Of a stretch of 64,000 nucleotides of DNA, positions 12,958 through 26,268 are shown piece after piece. Position numbers and translations under genes: made by a program. The stretch's first letter is position 1, and every line of letters begins with the position of its first letter. Below the pieces are notes generated by a model, which was not told the DNA's origin, did not search any database, and saw only the letters and a program-made list of their open reading frames with translations. The stretch spans positions 2,519,168 through 2,583,167 of the forward strand of contig MU053482.1 of NCBI GenBank assembly GCA_013239625.1, read 5' to 3'. Source of the stretch: Lama guanicoe (lineage: Eukaryota).

Positions 12958-15823
12958 AAATTTACCTAAGACAAAAACTTCACAAAACAATACTTACCCT
13001 TACTATATGTGATGTCTTCTCATGGTATTTACTCTATATTACCAAAACCAAAAATGCTAATTGCAGACCTGCTAAAGGTCACAATTTACAGTGTGAGAAA
13101 CATTATAATACAGTATAATGGGATGAAGAGTTCAACAAATATTAAATTACTATAAAGCTTTATCTAAAAGTATACTGTCCCAAATTTTGCTTTTCCAAAG
13201 GGGATAGGGAGATAGGGACAAATTAAATGCATCTAAATAGTTCAAACAAATAGATTTAGTAGGAGTCATGGAAAAGTAGATGGGAAACATGATCAAGGCC
13301 AATTCAATTGAATTCTATACCTATTTACTGAATAATCATGTTATACAAGGGCCTTAGGTACCGTAGGGGATAGAGGTGAACCAGATGAAGCACTTACCCT
13401 CAAGGACCTTACTGTCAAATGTACAGGAAAACTGAACACACACAAATAACCACTTTGCAGGGAGGTTACTATCTGGAACACTCCAGATCTTCAGCTTATG
13501 TGGTCTAACCACTCAGAGCACCCTTGCACAGGATCCTATTCACATGCTCTAGCTCTTAGAATAAATTCTGCTCCAACTAAACTTCTCTAAGTTGGCTGGT
13601 GATTATTAAGGACGAGGTACTCCTCACCAACACAGCATTGGGATGAATCTAAAGTCAGATAGTCCTTCACTCAAAATCATCCCAGAGACATCTCCAAGTT
13701 TTCTAAAAAAGTTTATATTAATCCTAAGGCAACTGTTGCAGAAACTAATAATGATTCCAGTCAGAAAGTTACTGCTTTTCTTCTGGCAAAATACTAAATG
13801 ATTATAAATATTTTAGGCACACTAAAAAAGAAGGTATATTGTTTTGGAGCATACATAATTTTCTAAATAATGATTAAATCAAGGTGTTGATGATTTTAGA
13901 AAGAAAGTTATCACTTTTATAATTGAAACCTTTGTTCACATTTTCACTCAGGTTTCGTACATCATCATCATCAAAAGCCTACTTATTCATCATTTTCAAC
14001 TTCTGTTGAGACCCAACCTTCTTTCTGTTAGTAAAGCAAGTTCCATAATTTCAATTTCTCTCATTTCTGATCCCTTCTTCCAAACTGATTTTTCTGAATA
14101 TTTTTTCCAGCAAATTTCATCTCTCAAAATACATCTGGTAATCTTCACTAAAGAAGACTCGCAAAATCAGCAGGCAGCTGGTAATAGCAGCAGCTACAAA
14201 GCCCTACCGCTATGTAGAGCTAGTCTTAGAGCTTTCACTAACACCTGCAAAGAGCCCAGCCATGGCAAGACTGCACTTACTGTACAAAGCAATTAAACAG
14301 CAAGCAGCTGACGTAAGATCTTGTCTACAGTCTGACATTCTCAGAATGTATTTTTAAACTGAATTCAGTTCTGAGAGAAGATAACTATTTCTTCCTCCTA
14401 AGCTTCTTCACTTTTAGTTGTCAGTTTGCTCATTACTAGGCTAGAAAATCCCCTCAGTTAAAAAAAAAAAAACCCACAAAATATCTGAGCATATACAGGA
14501 ATTAGAGCAGTTACCAATGTCCTATATGAAAGCCTTTAGAGAAAGATGTTTTCCTAAGATGGCTATGAGGTGCCCCTTAAGACATCATGAGCATTCAAAG
14601 GATGAGACAGGGGACTATTTAAAAGGAGAATTTTAAACAACCAGTGGGATGAAGAATGGAGCCAGAGATGAATATGCTGAGCTGACCTGCAGTGTAGACA
14701 AAGAGGAGGGAGAAGCTATGAATCACAGGGAGAAGTGATCTTCAGAATCTCTCCACCCCCCTGCTCCTTCTTTAAACTGAGTAAAGAAGTCTTGTTAAAG
14801 AGTCAGGTTCTGAGTAAAGGCAACACAGAGAGTGCCAATCTTAGACAAAACTCCTGTGTATTGAACCAGACCAGCAGCAGGAGCAAAATTATTTTCATTG
14901 CAAGGGGAAAGTAGACATAAAAGAACAACTATGAGGGCCCTAAGAACAAATCATGTTCGTTACAGCCACCCTATGAAGAGCGTCAGAAAAGTAACAGAGG
15001 AAGGGGATCACAAACCTAAGATCTTTTTATTAAAACAATTCAATCTCTCATCATTTACTAAGGTCTGAGTTTTTTGAGGATAAGCAACAGAGACTTAATG
15101 CCTGAGAACATCTACACAGCCCCACCTCCTGAAACCTACATATGTGTCACAGGTCCCTTAAACCCGCAACTATTCAGACCTTCAGAAATTCAAACAATAT
15201 CAGGAATATGACATCACAACCACAACTGTCCTACCATCCTAGAAACGACAACTAATTATTTGCCTAACATATAACAGAGTACACAAATGTCAGCAGGTAT
15301 GGATATCAGAACTAAGGCCCATTTCTAACAGCAACTTAAAAATTAGTCAACTAGGTATCAGCCTATCTTTGTGAATCTGCCCTGGAAAGTACAGTTCAGA
15401 TACAATCATAATGGATTTTTTTTTTAAGTATGCATGCCTTACAAGGACATTTAATAGGTTCTTTGTTTTATTTGTTCTGCTTTGACCCAGCCAGAAACAA
15501 ACTGACAATTGTATTGCTATTAGTCTGTTGGTACTAGCTTGATTTGAATAACCGTAAATGAGGGATGCTTATGCTGAGGAGCTTCAAACCCCTAAACTCT
15601 CTAAAATGATTTATGAAATTTTGTCTGAAAATATTTGCATCTTTCTGGGGAGAGAACACAATATCCATTAGATTCTCAAAGGATCTCATGACCCAGAAAA
15701 GTTAGAAACCACAACTCCAAATGTTTCTCCTAATTTGGGCAAGAAGTATTTTCATCATTTAAAGGTTAATCTAAACATGCAGTTTTTCATACAGTGTGAA
15801 ATAAAATACTTTATTTTATTCAA

Positions 15824-15910
15824 GGGGAGGGTACAGCTCAGTGGTAGAGTGCATGCTCAATATGCAAGAGGTCCTTAGTCAATCCCTAGTACATTCATTA
15901 AAAAAAAAAA
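15824..15910 (+). mobile_element. tRNA-Ala-derived SINE, diverged, short tail
   Basis: GGGGAGGGTACAGCTCAGTGGTAGAGTGCATGC head followed by an A run. Confidence 0.85.
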
Positions 15911-16690
15911 GGAATATTTGAAGAAATAATGATCAAAAATTTCCCAAGTTTGGTAAAAGATATAAACTTATAGAGTGAAGAAGCTCAGTGGATTCCAAAC
16001 AGGATAAATACTAAGTAAATCACACACAGTCAAACTTCCAGAGAAAAAAAAAAGAGAGAGACAGAGAAAGAGAAAAAATTTAAAGAGAAAATCTTGTACA
16101 GAACCAGAGAAAAAGAATACATTAAGGAGAAAATAATTATTGAAATTACCATTGCCTCTTTATCAGAAACAACGGTGATTAGAAGACCTTTCAAGTACTA
16201 AGAAACAAAAAACAAAAAACAAAAAGCCTTGTCAATCCAGAATTTCATGAACAGAAAAAATCCTTCAAAAATAAAGGCAAAGTAAAAAACATTTTCAAGT
16301 AAAACAAAACTAAGATATTTCACTGCTGCAGACCTGCACTACAAGAGTGAGAAAAGCCCATCCCAATAGGTTGCATACTGTCTGATTCCAGGTGTATAAC
16401 ATTCTTGAAATGGCAAAATTATAGAAATTAAACAGATTAGTGGTTCCTAGAGGTCAGGGATGGGGAGAGGGTGGCTATAAAAGGCCAATCCCAAGAATTC
16501 TTGTGGCGATGGAACTATTCAGTATCTTGACTGTATCAATGACAACATTCTGGTTGTGACAGTATACTATAGTTTTGCAAGATGTTACCTTTGGGTAAAG
16601 GGTACAAGGTAATTTCTCTTGTATTATTTCTTCCAACAGCATATGAATCTACACTTATCTCAAATAAAAAGTTCAGTGTTTAAAAAAGTA
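15911..16690 (+). mobile_element. Old L1 fragments (ORF1-like segment then 3' end)
   Basis: atatttgaagaaataatg...aatttccca (ORF1 region), then a 3'UTR with gtatcttgactgt and caaataaaaagtt. Confidence 0.7.
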
Positions 16691-17768
16691 GAGTTTTTAA
16701 GTTAAAAAAATTATGTTTTTTTAACAACCTGTCAAGGTTTTAAAGCAGAGGCTGCAGGCAACACAATTCAAGCACTTAAAGCTACACCTGGGACAGAACT
16801 CTCTGAAGGCAGCTGAGCTATTCCCCTCTCTAGGCCCAGAACAGAAATGTCACATGGATTGCCTCACCTCACCACATCAATACCAATTCTAAAAGGTCTA
16901 GTTCACATTATTTACAGCAAGAGTGACAGAATTTTTTCCTCTGAGAATGGATACAACCAGGTTATTATACCAACCTTTGCATATTGGTATTCTGGGATAT
17001 CCTAGAGTTGTCCCAGAATTGGCTGGTGACATTGGTCACCAATTTAGTGCCACTCATGCTATGATCAGTTTACTTCCTGCATTAAAAGATCCCACTGTAA
17101 CTTCCCTATTACAAACATTTCTGAAACAGACTGCCCATCAGAATAGTATTACCACCAACTCACTTCTGTTTTTGGTGCATGTTGAAAAACCAGCTTGTAT
17201 TTTATCTTTAACTCACTCACTGCCCCAGCATTCAGTTCTCCTTATCTTCCAGGTAATTTTCTGAACCCTGCGCAAATCAGAGATCATATTCTGTCATCTT
17301 TGATTAATGGGGCACAATGTAGTGAGAAGGGAATGCAAATGTCTAACTAAACGAGAATTAACCTTGTCTTTACTTTTAGATGACTACTTCATTACTATCA
17401 GCACTTTTTAAATAGAGACAGCTTAAAAAAACAGTAAGACTAGTAAGCAGAGTTTTGGTAGCTAAAGAAAACCATTTTAAACTGCACTTGTCACTCTCTC
17501 CCTCATCCCTTGTATAAATAAAATGGAGGTAAATTTACAGCTCCTGCAGCATAAAGTGAAGAAGGTAACTGCTCCTTGAAGAGACAGCCTATAACTTGGA
17601 CCACACCACCAGCTGACTGTGGTGCTCAGGAGTCAGACATTCACAAACAAATATCCAGACTGTAGATAGTGAGCTGCTCCCCACCTTGGACAAGCTACAA
17701 GGCCTTTTAGAAGGCTCTATCTACCTAGGAAAGCTGCTCACCAGGCTTTCCAATGAAAAAGCAATAGA

Positions 17769-17919
17769 TGACGCAATATTGTAAACTGACCATACTTCAT
17801 TTAAGAAAGAAAGGAAGAAAGGGAGGAAGAAAGAAAGAGAGGAAGAAAGAAAGAGAGAGGGGAAGAGAGAAAGAGAGAAAGAAAGAGAAAGGAAGAAAGA
17901 GAGAAAGGAAGAAAAAGAG
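17769..17919 (+). repeat. Tiny L1 3' terminus whose tail became a 117-nt pure-purine GA tract (17803-17919)
   Basis: attgtaaactgaccatacttca matches the L1 terminus; TSD agcaataga at 17760-17768 and 17918-17926. Confidence 0.8.
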
Positions 17920-19127
17920 CAATAGAAACCATCTGTTCCCTCTGTGTGTTCCCCTTGAGGCAGATTTGTTCACTTTCTTTCTCAACATATTTCCTTTGTC
18001 AGATAACTTTAGATTTGTGTATACGGCCATTACTTTTACTGATGCTTTGTCTCCTTGACATTTTCCAGGCATCATACCTAGTCCAACTCATGCACCTAGT
18101 ATTTCTAAAATGGCTGAACTTCTCATGGACCCAGTTTTAACAAGAGACTAAGGTTTGAAAACCTATCCAGATAGGATTGCTCCAAACCATAGATAGCTAA
18201 GACAGAACTTTGGTAGCAAGGTATCAAATGTATATACTCCCCCCTCAGCCCAGCCAAATACCATACAAGGTATACATCTGTTGAGCTAATCTCTTGAATT
18301 TAGTAACGTAATTTCCTCTGTTTGGTAGGGGAAGCAACAAACTGCCAAATTCATGGTCTTTCAGAACAGTCTAATGAACCCACACTGGTGAGGCAGAAAC
18401 ACACATACTGTTCTAAATAGACTGAGGGCTCCCAGAGGCTATACATGTATACTTTTCTCTAAAAGCTGGGCCCACCAGAAAACTGGGCTGAGGCAAACCC
18501 ACTGGACTCGGATCTCTAAGTAAGAAGTAGCAGAGGACACATCTGAGCAATGGTCTCCATGCTCTCCTCAATACCAAAGTTTAATACAATCGGCCTAACT
18601 TGATTGTAAACAACTAATCTAGGAGGAAGAAAACATGTTTAAGGTCTCACCTTGGCTATTAGTTGCATGACCCTAAATAATCTGAGTCTTGTGGGGCTCA
18701 CTTTCCTCACCTGAAAGATACAGAAGTAGAGGACTAGCTGGTGATCTGCAGCTCAGTCATTCCATGACTTAATGACTGTTGCGTCTATAGAGTCTGGCTG
18801 AGCATAGAAATTCTACCTTTCAAATTGTGAACTGAAGGCACACATTAGTTCTCCCTCTGCTGCCTCTCCCTCCCCAAAATCCCACTAAAACAGCAGTAGA
18901 AATGGGGCTGTATAAATATAAAGAATGAAAGTCAAGGTAATAACAAAATTTTAGAAGGTGGAAAGCAGATGGATGAATGGTTACTGACAGCAGATTTGAG
19001 ATAAATAAGATACAACATAACCTCCAAAAACCTCAGGAACTTGTAGCATCAGGCACTTATGGAAGTAGGGATTAAGATGGGGCTAAAAACAGAAGGATTG
19101 GCTGAAAGTCTATTTAAGAACCAGCTG

Positions 19128-19528
19128 GCATCAGCTCATGAATAGATAAACAAAATGTTGTATAACTACACAATGGAACATTATTTGGCCATAAAAAGAA
19201 ATGAAGTACTGTTACATGCTGCAACACAAATGAACCTTGAAAACATTATGCTAAGTGAAAGAAGCCAGACACAAAAGGCCACATATTGCATAATTTCATA
19301 TAGATAAAATGTCCAGAATAGGCATATTCATAGAAAAGAAAGTGGTTGCCAGGGGACTAACTGCTAACACATATGCAGTTTCTTTTGGGATGATGGATAT
19401 GTTCTGGAACTACATAGTGGTGATGGTTGTGTGACACTGAATCAACACTAAAAACCACTGAACTGTACACTTTAAAATGGCACATTTATGTTACATGAAT
19501 TACATATATATGTCAGTAAGAAAAAAAA
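19128..19528 (+). mobile_element. L1 (L1MB-like) 3' end
   Basis: Typical gaaccttgaaaacattatgctaagtgaaagaagccag motif, A tail, and TSD aagaaccagctg on both sides. Confidence 0.85.
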
Positions 19529-19639
19529 AAGAACCAGCTGAACCCCACCCTACCCCATACCCTTCCCATTCCATCTGGCCTCCTCCATTTCAACAGAAAA
19601 CTGAAAGTTTATTTTTCACAATAGATAAATTTAAAAATG

Positions 19640-19932
19640 AGTAGGGTGAGCAAATGGGTGATGGTGGTAAAAAGGTACAAACTTTCAATTTGTAAGATAA
19701 ATAAGTCTTGGGGATGTAATGAGCAGCATTGTGACTATAGTTAACAATACTGTATTCTATATTTGAAACTGCTAAGAGAGTAAATCTTAAAAGTTCTCAT
19801 CATAAGAAAAAACTAACTGGTAATAGACTATGGTAATCATTTCACCATATATACATACATCAAATCATGCTATACACCTAAAAGCAATACAACATTACAT
19901 GTCAGTTATATCACAATTAAAAATAAAAAAAG
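19640..19932 (+). mobile_element. L1 3' end (L1MA9-like)
   Basis: ggggatgtaatg...gtgactatagttaac...ttaaaagttctcatca motifs. Confidence 0.8.
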
Positions 19933-20479
19933 AAGAATGGATGTCTATACTTGGGATTGCACAGTTGAAGTATCAAGCATTAACAGCTAGGAAACCACAG
20001 GCACAGCTGAGAGCAAGAGTATCACTCTAAAAATAGGGAAATAAGAGCAAGTTTACATACTTCACATTGAGATCCTCAGTGCTCTTCCACTACTTGGCTC
20101 TCAGAAAGTTGGCAGCTAGGATTATGCCCTCAAAACAGAGTTCTAGAGGAGACTTTTAGGTGAATTTAACCAGCCCAAGAAAAAAAGACCTAGTGATATT
20201 GATGGTACAAGGAAGAAACTATGCAGCCAAATCATTTTATAGTGAACCTCTCAGTAATTGAACCCCACCTATGAACACAGAGCTTCCCAATCATTGGTGC
20301 ATTATTCTTAAATGTAAATGTATAGCCAGAGATCATGAGGCATTTGGGAAGAGACTCTAAGATTAAAGAAAAATACCTCTAGCCAATCAATCAATTTCAA
20401 TCAGTGCAACTTCGAGAAAACAGAAAATTATGCAGAAAAAAGAAAACTTCAAAAATTTTATCATAGGGCCTAGAAGAAA

Positions 20480-21785
20480 CAAAACTCCAGTAACAATAAG
20501 GACAACTAAACCCAGATCTTGGTTTCTAATATCATTCTCATTAAAACAAACAAACGAACAAACAAAAAGGGCTGCTTAGAGAAATGGCTGGTTCTTTAAC
20601 TGAGCAGAAAATATACAGGATTAGCCTGGAGCATCTTGTAGTGGCAGAAAGTAAGGAAGTGCTCAAAAAACCCCACAATGATGGGGACATGTCAAAGAGA
20701 CACAAGAGCTAACTGAAAGATCCCCCAAGGGCCAAATCTAGAATAATCTGAACAACAAAATAAACAAGTTGAATTATAACCCAAAGAATAAAATAAAAAT
20801 CATGAGTCCATCCTAATATAAATAGATAATTAAATAGAGGGAGAACAGACAAATCTCCTGTGCAGAAGAACTCCAAATAATTTATGTAGATACTCTGCTC
20901 TCAAAGAAGTGGAAAATAACTCCCTACTCCTTAACTATGGGCTACTCATAGGAAAAAAAGAGTAACTTTACATTGGAGAAATCTGACAGACACTACCAGG
21001 TGATCAAGATTAATATTAACAATGATAAATCATGTTGAGAGTATGTATGCCTTCTTGATATAATATGATGAAAATGACATTTTACCTCTGTAAACCATAA
21101 TCTCAGTCTAATCAAGGAAAAACATACACATCCTGAGGGACATTCTACAAAACAGTTGACTAATATTCTTCAAAACTACCAAAATCATCAAAAAGAAAAA
21201 AAGCCTGAAAAGCTGTTTCCTGGAACATAAAAAGAGTTAGGCAAAAACTAAGAATATGAATAAAGTAGGGAGTCAGTCCAGAAAGTCTAATATACAAATA
21301 ACAGAATTCCATAAAGAGAGAACAGAAAAAATAAAGGGGAAGTTCTTATCAATAAAATAATTTTATTTTTTCCTTTTTCCCAGAAATGAAGGGCATGAAT
21401 TTCCAAATTGAAAGTTCACTTCAAAGATCTAGCACAGTGGATGAAAACAGACTCACACTTTAATTAATAATAATAATGTATCAATATTGACTCACTAATT
21501 GTGACAAATGTACCCTACTAATGCAAAATACTATTACAGGAAACCAGTTGTGGAGTATATAGGAATTCCCTGTACTATCTTCACAAGTTTTCTGTAAATT
21601 TAAATCTATTCTAAAATAAAAAGTTTATCAAAAAGGTTTTCAAAATTATATCTCATTTAAACAAAATGTCCAGAATAAGCAGATCTACAGAGACAGAAAG
21701 TAGATTTGTGGTTGCCTGCAGTGGGGGATGTGGACTTCATGGTATGCAATTTATATCTCCAATAAAGTTGTTTAAAAAAAAAACC
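20480..21785 (+). mobile_element. Old L1 (L1MC/L1M-like) fragments
   Basis: L1MC 3'UTR-like motifs similar to those at 6760-7430, ending ttctaaaataaaaagtttat. Confidence 0.7.
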
Positions 21786-24637
21786 AGAGAGACATAAAAT
21801 AACAACACTTGTGGAAATTTAAAAGGTGCTCTGCCAAAACTAAAATTAACCAAGAACTGTTCATATGGGATGTAGGAAACAAGATCTATCACAAGACAGT
21901 GTGGCAAAGGATAACTCCAAGACAAAGGGACATCCCAAGGTTTAGCTGTGCAAGGCCTAGCAAGCCAAGATTTCAAATAATCCAGATTGATGGAGCTAAG
22001 GTAAGGATCCATTGTTTGTATCAAATTCTCAAAGGGATCTTTGAAGCAAAAACTATGATAAGCCACTGCTTTAAGATATCCATCACACGCCTCACCCAAG
22101 AGACTAACCACACAAACTCCTATAACAAAAAGAATCTTTTGGATGTTGCAAATCACAGAGAAGAAACGAAGAGAGTAATAAAGAAGATTAATACAGTTTT
22201 ATAACTAAATACAATCATGTGGAAATAAAAGGAAAGAAAGGAAACAGAGGCACAGTTAAAGCACTCAAGAAGCCTAGTGAATATGAGTTCAGATGAAACT
22301 TGATAGCTTACTCCACAGAGCTTAAGACATACTGAAGACAGTGGGGTTTTTTAAATTTTATGATTTATGTTCTACCTATCTCAAAAAATAAGATGGCATA
22401 TGTGAGAAAAATTATAGAAAAAATTAAAATCAGAACAAAGAACATTAAAAGAAGTAAAGAAATATAAATTCTTAACTACCTATGACGTAACTTTTCTATA
22501 AACTGCAAAAAATGATAGTTTGCTTACAATATATTTTAAAACAATAACAGAAAAAGTTTTGGAAGGAAATACACAAAATGCTAAACATGTTCATGTTACT
22601 TCTACAAGGCTAGACTATGGATGACTGCTATTTTTTTCCTTTTACTTTTCTATATTTTCTAAATTTCCCACAATGAATATGTATGATCTCAAGATAAAGA
22701 GATTATACTAAAAAATATGAATAATTTAATAGCACATTTCTCTCAAGCTGCTAAAGAAGAGACTTTTTGAAATTAGGATTTAGAATATTAATTTAATTCC
22801 TAATTTCTATACTGCAACAACTTAGATGTCTTAACACTATTACAGTACAAGGATGTAGACTAGTAAAAAAAACTCTTCCTATTTATATGCACCAGTTTAA
22901 AGGTGAAAACTAAAAGACTAATATGTCATGTCCTCCTATTAAACCAAAGAAACATGTATTAAAATAGTTACACAATATTAACATTTCAATATTTGAAAAC
23001 TGAAATGAACAAAACTTTAAATTTAACTCAAAGCCAAAACAACTGTAGGAGTCCTGACTCATCGCCTACAAAGGATTTGCATAGCTACATTATTCCTTGA
23101 CAGCAAAAAGGGGAATAACCGTCACTCCCTGCCTTGTTACTAAAATCCCTCTTGGGAGAAAAAAGGATGTAAACTCATAACCCAATACTACCTTATAGTG
23201 AAAAATCTACCAAGACTCGATTTAGTTTCCAACCTGAGTCAGCAACTTTCTGCCTTCCCAGATTACCACAAATGAGTAAAGCAGGGTCCCCTCACAAATA
23301 AAATTTCAAGACAACAATTTCCTTCTTTCCAGCTTTCTACTCACCCAATTCCCCCTTTATCTGTGTTTTTGCAAAAATTTCCAAAGAGGAAAACATAGAT
23401 CCTTTCCTTAAAGCCCTCACTGTTAGAGCTTTTTATGTGTCTTCTTTAAGTCTTAGAAAACTAAAAGCATTCCTTCTCAAAAGGTCAACTTCATGAACCA
23501 AAACATCTCATAATTGTCCACACAATCTCTGCACATTTCCTCCCCTCTTTGCATTATATGGAATAAGAAACCTTGAATGCAAAAAAAAGAAAAAGGAAAA
23601 ATACATACACCACTAAAATCCACTGAAAATATTTTCACATAGCATATTATTCCATTAATCACCACAACCCTCTGATTTTACAGATAAGGAAACTGGCTCA
23701 GAGATAATAAGTCACCAATGGGTATAAGGCAAAATGGGATTAGAAATCCCTCTAGACACCCCAACCAAAGTTCTTTACATCTACTACATTGAAGTGGATG
23801 TCTCTTAGAACTTTAGAATTTAGAGCAGTCAAGAAGTACAATCTTGGTGTAAGAAAAACAATCAAGAGTAAGTAATCTTCATCAGGAGCCTAAAAAGGAA
23901 TAAAACCCCAAGTTCTCTGCTGTGATACAGAGCAGTATCCTCAACCCACAGATCATGAAAGGGTTCCTCCCCAACTACAGCAACCCAAATCTCCTGGATC
24001 CTTTCCTGCACCAAGCACCATCAATGTCCAAGCTGTCCTATCCTTCAGTAGTTAGGAAAAAGATGGCCCCTCAGAGACTTCTCTTGATAGAGGTCCAGAG
24101 AGAATAATAAATGGGGTTAAACTGGGAGCCCAACCCAGTTTGCCAGTAACTGAGCTTAGTAAGATGCACATGCAGACATGAGGCCTGGGCCTTCTATCAG
24201 TCCTTGGAAGAAAATCAAGACTAAAAGCTGCCACTGCTGCCAAAGGTTTAGATGAAAAGCTTCTTAGAAGGAGTCTAAGGAGCAAATGCTATGTCAATTT
24301 TTTCTCTCCACCTTCTTAATGTCCATTGTCTTCTACATCTCTCATACTCTCTTGCCTAGACAGACTCTGAAAATGAATCAGTTCCATTTAGTTCAACAAC
24401 CCTACAAACAGTGATCTTCCTTTTCCTAGAAAATCATTAGGTCTGCTAAAATGAGGACCCTAGCAGAATGACTAACAGGGTAGCAATTTTCCTGCAATAG
24501 TTATTTATAGAGGCAATAGTGGCAGCAGACAGTCTTCAAGCTATTGCAGTCAAATACCACCATTTCTCTTTTCTCCCACACTATTATTTTTTCATAGTCT
24601 ATCTGGTATACTCTTGCTTATTTTATGTTTCCCCAAC

Positions 24638-25100
24638 TTTTTTTAAATTGACATATAGTTGATTTACAACATTGTGTTAGTTTCAGGTGTACAGCAAAGT
24701 GATTCAGTTCTGCATATATATACCTATTCTTTTTCAGATTCTTTTCTATTATAGGTTATTACAAAATATTGAATATAGTTCCCTGTGCTATACAGTAGGT
24801 CCTTGTTGCTTACCTATTTTATATAAAGTAGTGTGTATCTGCTAATCCCAAACTCCTAATCTATCTCCCACCCTTTTCCCCTTTGGTAACCATAAATTTA
24901 TTTTCTATGTCTGTGAGTCTGTTTCTGTTTTGTAGATAAGTTCATTTGTATCATTTTTTTAGATTTCACATATAAGTGATATCATATATTTGTCTTTCTG
25001 TCTGATTTACTTCTGTCTGATTAGCAGGATAATCTCTAGGTCCATCCATGCTGCTGCAAATGGCATTATTTCATTCTTTTTTATGGCTGAGTAATATTCC

Positions 25101-25141
<41 letters not shown>

Positions 25142-26268
25142 ACCACATTTTCTTCATCCATTCATTTGTCAATGGATATTTAGGTTGCTTCTGTGTTTTG
25201 GCTATCGTAAGTGGTGCTGTTATGAACAGTGGAGTGAATGTATCTTTTCAAATTAGTTTTCATCTTTTCCAGATATATGCCCAGGGATGGAATTGCTGGA
25301 TCATATGGTAACTCTATTTTTAGTTTTTTTCCTTAAAAAAACTAAAAACATCATGGCTGCACTAATTTACATTCTCACCAACTATGTAGGAGGGGTCCCT
25401 TTTCTCCACACCCTCTCCAGCGTTTATTAGTTGTAGACTTTTTGACGATGGCCATTCTGACTGGTGTGAGGTGGTACCTCACTGTAGGTTTGATTTGCAT
25501 TCATCTAATAATTAGCAATGTTGAGCATCTTTTCATGTGCCTGTTAGCGATCTGTATCTCTTCTTTGGAGTAATGTCTATTTAGGTCTTCTGCCCATTTT
25601 CTGATTGGGTTATTTGGTTTTTTGATATTAAGCTGTATGAGCTGTTTGTATACTTTGGAAATTCTCTTGTCGATTACATCATTTGCAAATATTTTCTCCC
25701 ATTCCATACGTTGTCTTTTCATTTTGCTTATGGTTTTCTTTGCTGTGCAAAAGCTTGTAAATTTGATTAGGTCCCATTTGTTTATTTTGCTTTTGTTTCC
25801 CTTACTCTAGGAGGTTTACCCAAAAATATATTGCTGCGATTTATGTCAAACAGTGTTCTGCCTATGTTTTCCTCTAGGAGTTTTAGAGTATCTAGTCTTA
25901 CATTTAGGTCTTTAATCCATTTTTAGTTTATTTTTGTATATGATGTTAGAGAATGTTCTAATTTCATTCTTTCACATGTAGCTGTTCAGTTTTCCCAGTA
26001 CCATTTATTGAAAAGATCCTTTTCTCCACTGTATATTCTTGCCTCCTTCGTTGTAGATTAATTGATTATAAGTGAGTAGGTTTATTTCTGGGCTTTCTGT
26101 CCTCTTCCATTGATCTACACGTCTGTTTTTGTGCCAGTACCATACTGTTTTGATTACTGTAACTCTGTAGTACAGTCTGTAATCAGGGACTGTGATTCCT
26201 CCAGCTCCATCCTTCTTTCTCAAGACTGTTTTGGCTATCCTGGGACTTTTGTGTTTCCATACAAATTT
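24638..26268 (-). mobile_element. 5'-truncated LINE-1 (ORF2 C-terminus + 3'UTR + polyA), decayed
   Basis: ORFs 26005..26322 ([10 protein letters not shown]) and 25501..25722 (WEKIFAN...[12 protein letters not shown]) are L1 ORF2p remnants. T-tail at ~24638. Confidence 0.95.
25103..25138. repeat. (TG)18 microsatellite inside L1
   Basis: 18 perfect TG units. Confidence 0.97.

Noticed and set aside
17768..18075. Lys/Glu/Arg-rich and Phe/Leu/Ser-rich ORFs
   Set aside because: These are translations of the GA microsatellite.
21737..22204. Overlapping 131-aa and 139-aa ORFs
   Set aside because: Non-ATG starts, no recognisable domain, and they span decayed repeat fragments.
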